64,000 nucleotides of DNA. Source: Tubiluchus corallicola (Eukaryota; Animalia; Priapulida). Location: positions 496,001-560,000 of the forward strand of contig JAQGDQ010000072.1 of assembly GCA_030141605.1 (NCBI GenBank), given 5' to 3'. Below the pieces are notes generated by a model that was not told the origin of the DNA, did not search any database, and saw nothing but the letters and a program-made list of their open reading frames with translations. Positions within the stretch are counted from its first letter, which is position 1. Every line of letters starts with the position of its first letter. The position numbers were made by a program, and so were the translations under genes. Shown here one piece after another: positions 1 through 10,600 of this stretch.

Positions 1-1270
1 CTTTGTGTTTGCTTGTAATACAACTTTACCATGTTACCAAGGTGTGTTATTTCCAATGGCAATAACCCACAGATTCTTTCTGCAACATCCTTAGCAGGGT
101 TATAACCGACACCAACAGCCGTTTTGATGACGTCATACCCCAAATCGTCAAACTGCTCACATTTGCCATCCAACCAGGCACTAGAAGCGAACAAAATTAC
201 TGGAGGCACCAACACCCGAAACAAGTTGACGATTGTCGCCATCAGCCTACCTTTATGCCTGTAGCATTACTGTTTTATTTTAGTCCATTTTCCCCAGGCT
301 CTTTTGCGAACTGAATTGATATGGGACCTAAAACTCAGTTTGTTGTCAACAATGATGCCCAAAACTTCACTTTGCTCTACATAGGCGATTTTTCTATCAC
401 CAAACTACAAGTTTGGAGGAGAAGGTTCCATGCTTTATTTGCTTGTATATATGATGTCTTCTGCTTTGTTTGGCTTACAGTTGATGCTTAGCCTCCAACG
501 TCTACACCAGCCATGGATTATCTCACAGAAATGTTGGGATGTCATATAACTTTTATAGATTGAGTCTGCTGAGACAACAAGTTAGCCAAGTATTTGAATT
601 TGCACATACGACTGTTGTTGTATTCTTCTATTTCGATGTACAAATCAGTTACGTATAGTAAGAAGAGCAGCGGTGAGGTGACAGAACCTTGTGGTAGACC
701 ATTTTTGCACACGTATTCATCTGACATGAAGTTGCTTATATGAATTTTGATGTTGCAATTAGTCAAAAAGTTTTTCAGCAAACCTAGCAGACATCCACTA
801 ATGCCATTTAAATATAATTTCCAAATGACCCTATTTGCCCACACATTATCAAAAGCTTTTTTAAAGTCACAGAAGATGGTGAGATGCTGTTTTGTTTAAG
901 AAGTTGTTCTAACTCTAAAGTTGACCGTAGTCTGACTAAGTAACATTCAGTATTATGTCCGGGACAAAAACCTTCTTGTTCAGCATCTATGGAGTTATTC
1001 TGAAAGCAATTTTGAGGAGCACAACTATTATCCTCTCAGCGAGCTCCCAAAAACTGATGCTACGGCAATTGAGAGATAATTATTCGGGTTGCTATAGTCA
1101 GTTTTACCGGATTTCTTCAAAAACGTAATTTTTGCTTTGTGCTATAGCCAGTAGGACTCGCTCATGCATAGATTTACCAGATTTAGAAACAATGATTTGC
1201 ACCAATACCCCATATGTTTAAGCATTAACAGGTGGTATCCATCATTATCGATGCTTTTGTTACCAGTTTT
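1..1270 (-). mobile_element. Degenerate non-LTR retrotransposon (LINE) reverse transcriptase remnant; boundaries approximate
   Basis: ORF 542..844 carries NGLPQGSVTSPLLFLLYVTDL. Neighbouring broken frames give FCDFKKAFDNV and AKITFLKKSGKTDYSNPNNY, typical LINE RT motifs. Multiple stops and frameshifts. Confidence 0.85.
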
Positions 1271-3185
1271 GACTTTTTTACCTTACTTTACAAAAGTTCA
1301 TTCAAACATCGTATAATGTTCTTTGCGTAAAAACAAATTAAATTATATAAACCAGCAAGCTCTATGGTGCAGTCGTGCAAGTAAATTTATGTTTATTTGC
1401 AAAATTCTCATCCTCAGCCAGTAGGTACGGTATACCACATGCCATAACTCTTAAGTTGCAAAAGTGCAAATGCATGAGAAATAAAAATGGAAGAGCTGGT
1501 GTACTTTTTGCTCCAGTTGCTGGCACATTCCCTGGAATTTGGTTTTGGCGCTATTTTAATGCTTTTTTAAAGATTAAAGTTACATTTTTATCTCTAAAAC
1601 TTATTTTTTTTGTTTTACCTTTTTCTTAATCTTTAATCAAAAATGCTTCTTTGTGCATAATAATGCTGCAGCATGATGACTGCAGATTAGTTTATAAGCT
1701 GCTCAACATTACAAGCACATGTTTATTTAGGGACATCACAGAACCAGAGTTTCCAAACCGAATCGGAGCTCTGATTTGATTCGATCTGCTGAACTTCTGC
1801 ATTACCTTAGATCTGATCCGACTCGGCACAGACTTTTAAAAAACTCTGGTTGCGAAAGCACGCACTGCATCACCTTTTGCGAACTGCTAATTTCGAATAA
1901 ATGCTAAGATTTCTTGTATTACGTTGACAGAACGTGGTTTCGCTAACAACACACGACGATTCTTAGACAAATGTAGTTTTTTAAAAGTCACTCACATTAC
2001 ACTGACTCATAGAGTGTAGGTAAAGGTACCTGAGGAATTTTTTGACTAACACTTCATTTTATATTGTTCGTCTCGGGCAAAAAAATCTGTTGCAAAATTA
2101 TTAGAGCATCGATACTCTTTATTATTATAGCAGAATTACTGTCAAACATGCTGCTCAGTGCTAAGGCAGGTCATTATGGTTACTGAGTCAAGCCACAGCC
2201 CCTTTTAATATGGAGCAAAATAAAAACAATACAGGGCTGCAGGCCTATCTTCTGTCGTATCTGCAGGCGTATGCACTCCGTCTTTGGTTTTGAAAATATA
2301 TATTCTGTAATACCAACTGGCAATACAAAAGGCACTGCGCTGACTCATTAACACATGTAATTCATACTAGTCTCAGTCACTGTTTTGAACAGGAAGCAGG
2401 TAATTCGACATTAATCTAGTCCAAAAGGCAACTATCCCAACTAATTTACTTTTATCATTGACTTACGTTAGCTGATAAAGCGTCTAAGCTATTACTAGAA
2501 CTCGGAGAACGTTGTACTGTAACAAGAGCCATACTAGTGATGCTCCCGGCGTTCTTGTAAATTCACAAAATAAAGTATGGCCATAAAAATCATCTCATAT
2601 GAAATAGAATGACTGGAAGGCAAATAAAGTTATAACCGTTCTATAAAAATTCTCTTCTAAATCTAATTTGCCTCAAAAGTATACAACAGTAAAGTTAGAA
2701 ACGTCTTTAACTAGCTTTAGAGCCACCCTACTTTAGCGACACCTATACTGATAAAATATGGCAAAGGAATAAAATGAGTTTAATCTATTTTAATTTTTAT
2801 ATGGAAACAAAATTATTTATTTCAAACAATATACGCAGTAGTGTGCGAAGTTATTGTTTTTTGTTGATAAACTGAGTTTCTTGTAGTAGCCTTCATTTTT
2901 GCATCTCAGAAAAATTGAGCCAATGATCGATTGCCGAACGTGACTAAGTTCGAAGGCTATTTCGCATTTATGTACGTAGTCTACTGGAACTCACTTGCTC
3001 AAGTCTGACATTTTTATAGTTTAGTTTAAACTTGCAAGGTTTCGTGGACTCTGTGTTGATAATAGTCATGAATATCTAAAAATTAATTTTAAAGCATTTT
3101 TACGAGGATGATTTTGCACCTACCTTTCCATGTCAGCCTGACTGATTTTCTTACTTGGTTCAATTCAATTTTATTGCACAGATAC

Positions 3186-3928
3186 GGGGCGCTATTACAC
3201 TTTCGCACCGCCTAGTTTTTTCTGGCCTATTAGTTGTTTTCACGCCTGCAGGCCAGAATGCAGACCAACAGGCGTAATATACACCATATTCCCATAATAT
3301 TATTGCTTTTTAGACCTTACAATTCTAGGTTAAAATCATACATTACTTACCGTCACCAACACGCAAAAAACTCCACGTGAATAACTGTGTTTACACCACT
3401 AATGTACAATCGCTCTCGCGCAGTGACGCTGTGGCCCTTAACATGTATTTTTAGTTTCATCGCATAATTTATGATTATTAGGGTTGCAGCCACGGGAGTT
3501 TGTATCGTATCGCGGGAAATTATTTTAGACCACTGCAGTTATTTATCATTAATTTTATTTATTACTGTAGTAATACTAGTATTATTACTATTAGATTATA
3601 AAAAAAGTTTTTTCTTTATTTCGTAAATGCAGTCAAGATGAAAGTGTCTCACGTGCCTTTTAAGCTAGGCCCCGATAATGCATAAACTAGTACGAAATTC
3701 GTCACGTGACTACACACACAAACAAGATGGCGATACAAACTGTATAGGTGTAGAACTGTGAATACAACGTAATTATTGGAAATTATACCTAAATATATGA
3801 TTAAATTACCACGAGATTAGCGGAAACATTCACTGATCATGTGAGAATAATAGAATAATGACCTACGAGCCTAGAAACGAGTAATAACCTAGAAAAAACT
3901 AGGCGGTACGAAAGTGTAATAGCGCCCT
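3186..3928. mobile_element. MITE / non-autonomous DNA transposon with ~38-bp terminal inverted repeats
   Basis: Left gggcgctattacactttcgcaccgcctagttttttct is the near-perfect reverse complement of right agaaaaaactaggcggtacgaaagtgtaatagcgccc. No ORF inside; TSD ambiguous (possibly TA). Confidence 0.8.
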
Positions 3929-4687
3929 ATATGTTTATTTCGAAATAACGAAATAATTGGTATTCATTGGTCGATGTGCTACTTGACTTTATTCACAAAA
4001 CAGATAGCATGACTACTTAGCTATTCACATAACCCCAACTCCCCAAACATGTTTTGTGATTGGTATATTTTTACTAAGACTACTTTTCAAAGCTGACCAT
4101 GCATTACCTGAATCTCACATTGATAACGTACAAGTGAAAAGAAAGGGTGCAAGTAAGATACTTTGTATTAGTGCTCAAACTAACACATGCAGTTCATCTA
4201 ATTATAATTTAAGTCCACTTTGTAATCTGGGTAACAGTTAAGACCTAGTTATGAATTCAAGCAAGTTTAATGGCACACTAAATGTGTGTCAGATTTCTTA
4301 GTATTTGCATGTCTAACAGATAGATTATGAAGTACTATAAGACCTTGGTTAACGCATCAGCAAAATGTGTCGTTGAGCGAAATATAAACTAAAAAATTGT
4401 TGCTAAAATGAAGCGTGCGTCGTTAAGTGAGGAAAATGTGTCAGATGTTCAACATTGTTAAAACAAAACGTCGCTAAAGGGGACGTTGTAAAGCAAGAAC
4501 TTACGGCACGATATTGCAAATTTTGGTTCTAGAGTCTAGACTCTACAATAATGCATCAGTCATAGACATTATTATACTGATGGTGCTTCTAACCGTCTGC
4601 CAACATTCTGACAGCAGATTCATTTAAGCTACTTTGTAGTCACAAAACTTCTTATGCTGGTTTAAATAATTTTTGACAGGTTAAATA

Positions 4688-7600
4688 ATGACATCAATTA
4701 GTGGAAGTGGGTCAAGTATTTCAAATATCCTGTCTTTATCTCCTCTACACATTAGTGAATCATCTTGCAGCTCAGAATCCATGGCAGTCAATGAAGATCC
4801 AGCACAGTTGCGTCCAGAATTAATTCATAACAACAGTGATTTTGGCCCTCATGTAGCATCTGGTAGTTCAAGAGAACAAAATTCAGTGCCAAATTCATCA
4901 CCTCCTGCTGAAAAGTGCCAGGAATCTGACACATGTGCGTTAAGTGATGAAACTGCATGTCCATCCAGAAGTTTTGTGCCTGCTAATAATCCACAATCCC
5001 CTAGAGCCTTAACTCAAACACAACAGTCGGCTACTGGTGAAAGTGTTTCCAGTACACCAGGTTTACTTGCTGCTGATTCAGTGACTACAAGTAATAACCA
5101 ACAATCGACTTCCACGGGTGATATTGGTTTTGCATTGCCAAGTAATTCTTCTGTGAGCAAACTTGAAGGTAATAGTAATATTGATGTTGTGTTTTATAAT
5201 ATGCAAATTATGTTGTTGTTTATTACAAGGCACTTCTTTTGCTTGTTTTAATTTCAGTGAACCTTGCTTACAAATGAAACAAATGTAATAAAAAGTGCTT
5301 TTATTATAATAAATGTAATGTACGGCCTAGTGCAAAGTTGAAATATGCTAAGTATTTAAGACAGATGCAGGTGAAAGTTAAAGTTTGCAATTTTATATAA
5401 ACATAATTACCAAAAGTCATGGTATGTGGTTTACTCTAAAGAGTTAAATATATAGTGGTCTTGGTAATATATATAACTCTTGGTACAGAAATAATGAACT
5501 TTCTTTTGCTGACAAATGTGATGTAAATAAGTTGCCAGGTAATGAGGCGAGGTGCTGAATTAGGTAATTCAGCAAATCTGCAAACTATATTTAAAAATAT
5601 GGGTGATAGCACAGTATTTTTAGCAATTAACTACGTCCGTGTTCTTATTCAAAGATGGCAGGCCTGAGTTTTACCTATTCATATGACTATATATTGCCAA
5701 GTTGTTTACTTTCAGCAAGTTTTGCATTTAGTTTTAATCAGTTAGTTAACTGGTTATAAATTTGAATTTGGTTTTATTCGTTCATTTAGAGCCTGTTTAC
5801 TTTTCAGTTCACTTTGTTTTTAATTTGTTTTGCTAAACAGAAACAGAATGTTATGCTAACTGTGAGTTGCTTAGCTAGGCTGGGTTTTTATTGTATAATC
5901 AGAAAGTACTTGAAATAGAACTTCTTATGCATGCTTGGCAATTAATTATTCTTNNNNNNNNNNNNNNNNNNNNNNNNNNNNNNNNNNNNNNNNNNNNNNN
6001 NNNNNNNNNNNNNNNNNNNNNNNNNNNNNNNNNNNNNNNNNNNNNNNNNNNNNGGTGTCAAGCAATTCAATCAAAAATTCTATCATTATTTGTTTTCTTT
6101 TTACAAATTTACAAATATGCATATGCAAAACTGTTTAAAAAGGAAGCCAGCCTTAGTCATGTGACTTACGCTTTTAGTAGTGCACGCCACCTATCAATCA
6201 AACTTGTTTCTATACGTAGTCACACTTTCTGTTGCCGCTATACTGTTCATTCCGTTTTGTGATACTTTCGTTGTTTTTGTCTATTAACTAGTTGCATTTT
6301 CAAGCCAAGTCACCAGTAAATGTAAGTCACATCTACCTTTATAATTAGTTAAACGTTTAAATCGGTTAAAATTGCTTCATAGAGTCATAAAGTAATAATT
6401 TGTTTCAATCTTCTTAAAACTTCTTAAAACTTTTTGTCTAAATGGTAATAAGCTTTTGCACATTCCAAAGCACCTTTTGTAATCCTGTATTTTAATAAAT
6501 TGCAGGTCTATCGCACAGTTCAATACAGATTTTTGCCGTTTTATTGCCTGGACTGGGCGCATCCACGTCATAGACATTTACTGCTAGGGGTGTAGAGATG
6601 GCTCAATTAGCACTCACGGAGAGCAACTTACGTAAAATGCACAAAGCCGATTTGAAAAACTTATGTATAGACTATGGACTACCAGAGGAGGGCACTAAGG
6701 ACCAACTCATCGCCAGGATGTTGGAGGACGCGAGAGACGCCCGCCATGAAGCCGAGAGAACAAGCGACGCCATAATAGACGATTTACCTGAGCCGATAAG
6801 CGAATCCCAGACACCTGATGGTCAAGGTCAACAACTACCTGTTGCGGACTTACAGCAGCGCACGTTAGTAGACATCTCACGACAGCAATCGCAAAGAATG
6901 CCGGACTACAGTAGCCATCGATCACGAGTTATCGAGCCGTTCAATGCATATTCGTTTGCCGGTGATAGTAGGCCGATTAGTCAAGAAGATATTAGCCTTG
7001 CACCTGTAACTAAAACTCAGCCAATGTCACAAGCCCATTCAGTTAAATCTGGAGTTAGTAACGTTAGCCGTCGCTCACAAGCATACATTGAGAAAGCCTT
7101 AGAATTAAATGACGAGGAAGCCAAAATCAAAAGGCGCATGGCTGAAGCTAAAATTCAGCAAGAATTAAACGAAATTGAAAATAAGCAAGCATTAAATGAG
7201 GTCAAGTTACGCAAAAGCCTCTTGTCTGCAGAAATGGAAGACGACATTGATGAAGATGATAAGTCAGACGGTCAGTCAGTCGGTTCAAACCGGTCATTCC
7301 AGTCGAATAGGTCATTTGGCAATCGTCCATATTCACCGCAACGTCAATCTGCTGCTGTCCAGGATCCAAGACCACAGCAGAGCAACGAGTTAATTGCTAA
7401 AGCTTTTCTAGATCAAGCGAAATGTCTTAATCAGATAGTCAGTTTGCAAAAATTACCGCTGCCTGAATTGGTGAAATTTAATAGACATGACGTAACAAAA
7501 TATAACGCCTTTATTACAGTTTTTAAACAGACATTTGAAACTTGCATAACTGATCAGTTACAGTTGTACAGATATTTGGTTCAGTACACTGAAGGAAAGG

Positions 7601-10600
7601 CACAGACATTAGTTGAAGCATCAGAGAATAATAGGAAGCCGTACGATCATGCCGTTGCCGCATTGCACGCTAAATACGGGAATTCGTCAGTCGCTGCTGC
7701 AGCATTTAAAACTAAATTGAGATCTTGGAAGCCTATCACAAAAATGGATGACGTCGATTCAGTTGAAGAGTTTTCTGCTTTTCTGAACAATTGTGGAGCA
7801 TCTATGCATGATAATGCATATTTGTTATCGCTAGATGACCCGTGTACTATACAATTAGTTTGTTCTAAGCTACCCTATCGTATGCAAGATCAAGTTCTTG
7901 AGCATGCGCAGAAAATAGAAAAGCGTTATGGTAGACCGCCGAAATTCACCGAGGTAGTTAAACATATCAGTGATAGGACGAAAAGTTTATCTCATCCTAT
8001 TCTTAGCCGACAAGCTATGGCAAAATCTACAGATAAAGGGGAAGAGCATACATTTAAAACTTTCAAAGGTGGTAATCGCAAATCGTCATCATTCGCTATT
8101 GACTCTAATAATATGTCAAGGGGTCAAACTCTAAAACAAAGGCCTTGTTTCTATTGCTCAGCTACTAATCATCGTTTAGATAAATGCAAAGAGTTCAGTC
8201 AGCTTTCCTACGATGCCAAAAGAAAGTTTGTCAAAGACAATAAAATTTGTTTTGGATGCTTGAATGGGACTTTTCATGCGTATAAGGATTGTAGATCTAA
8301 GAAACATTGTGACATATGCAAACGCACGCATCCTACAGTGCTTCATATCGACACGCAATCACAGTCAGGTGTAAGCAGTGATAGTTCACAGTTACAAACG
8401 GATGCAATATGTGAAGCTAAGCCTACAAATCAACATCAATCAACTTCGACTGCGTCAATTTCTCGCGTAAACACTAGTAACGTAACTTCAGCCGACAGCG
8501 TAGTTTCAATGGCAATAGTCCCAGTTAAAATCTTTCACAAAGATAACATTCATAATAGCCGCGTAGCCTGCTGCTTCTTAGACCCAGGTAGTAATGACGG
8601 CTTCATTTCAGAAGAGCTAGCTGAAGAATTAGGGGCTACCGGGCAGTATACTGACATCCGCCTACGCACACTTAGTGGGACTCATTTAATTAAATCACAA
8701 GGAATTGATGGTTTATGCGTTTCGCGCTTGAATGGTAGCAACGTCGTTGAGTTACCACGTTTGTTTACCAAAGAGTTAATTCCTGCAGATAGAAACGAGA
8801 TACCAGATCCTAACAAAGTGGAAGAATTGAGGCATTTGAGTGACATAGCGAAATCACTCCATCCTATAATGCACAATGTTGAAGTTGGTTTACTATTAGG
8901 CATGAACACACCAAAGGCAATGGAGCCTCTGCAAGTCATTAGCCACACAGATTTTAATTGTTATGCTGTTCTTACGCGTTTAGGCTGGACGGTACAGGGC
9001 GTAATTGGTAAAGCGTCACGCGTAGGTCTTAGATCCAGCTATAGCCGGGTGATATGCACAGATGCCGCCACCGAAGAAATTTCGTCTTGTCAGTTTAGCA
9101 TCCCTACTGCCGTTCAGAATGCAACTGACACTAATGGTTATGGTGATTCTCAAGAGGAAAAGCTTTTCATGAGCAAAGTTACTGCGCAGACTTGTTACAA
9201 GAATGGAAAATATGTTGTGCCGTTGCCATTCAAGAAGGATAATCCAGTTATGCCAAATAACAGGGTACAAGCCGAACAGCGCATGCGCAGTTTAGCCAAA
9301 AGGTTTCAGGCTGAAGAGCTGAGAAACGAATATACTGCGTTCATGAATAAAATGCTAGAAAACGGATATGCCGAAAAGGTGCCACCCTCAGAGCCGTACC
9401 CAGATGCAGGAAAAGTGTGGTACATACCCCACCACCCAGTCTACCATAAGCGCAAGAAGAAAATCAGAGTAGTGTTTAACTGCAGTGCCGTGTTCATGGG
9501 AACTTCTTTGAACAACGAACTTTTGCAAGCGCCAAATTTAACCAACTCATTATTGGGAGTCTTATGCCGTTTTAGACAAGGACCAGCAGCTTTCATGGCC
9601 GACATGCAATCGATGTACTACAGGGTTGCAATTCCACGCCACCAAGCAGACTACGTAAGATTTTTATGGTGGGACCAGGGTGACCCAAAAAATCCGCCGC
9701 ATGACTACCGAATGCTAGTCCACTTGTTTGGGGCAGTATCATCAGGAGGATGTGCAAATTTCGCATTACAGCAGACAGCTAAAGACAATGTTACTGCCTT
9801 CCCACGCGATGTGACTCAAACAATTTTGTTTAATTTCTACGTGGACGACTGTTGTAAATCTGCTTCTACAACGCATGATGCCATTGCTATAGCGACGCAG
9901 TTAAAGGATCTCTGTCAGAAAGGAAATTTTAGATTAACACAGTTTGTTGCTAACAAATCAGAGATCATAGCCGCCATTCCGATTGAAGATCGTGCGAACC
10001 AGGAAAGCAAAACGATCAACGCTTACAAGGAACAGATAGAGTATGCCCTAGGCGTGTCATGGTATATAGAAAACGACGCCTTTGGTTTCCGCATACGGCT
10101 GAATGACACACCCTTGACTCGACGAGGCATACTTTCAACGATCCACAGCATTTATGACGTAATGGGTCTTATTTCACCTGCCTTGTTGATAGGAAAGATT
10201 ATACTGCAAGAACTCACGCGTGATCGTCTTGGTTGGGATGAGTCAGTGCCAGAAAATGTAAGACAACGCTGGGAAATCTGGAGACGAAGCTTGCCTTTAA
10301 TAGAGCAGTTACGAATTCCTCGCTGTTTTCACCCAGATGATTTTGGTGAAATACAGGACATCCAGATACATCACTTTTCTGATGCAAGTGAGGTCGGATA
10401 TGGTACATGTTCATACCTAAGACTTGTTGATAGCAACAACCAGATACACTGTACCTTAATTCAAGGTAAAGCTCGCGTCACACCTGTCAAACATGTGACC
10501 ATGCCTAGACTCGAACTCACCGCTGCAGTATTATCAGTGAACACTGCCAGTATGTTGGACCACGAGCTGGACTATGAAAACGCGCAGCATTATTATTGGA

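Noticed and set aside
5891-6262. ORFs spanning the N run
   Set aside because: Artefacts of translating through the gap into LTR sequence.
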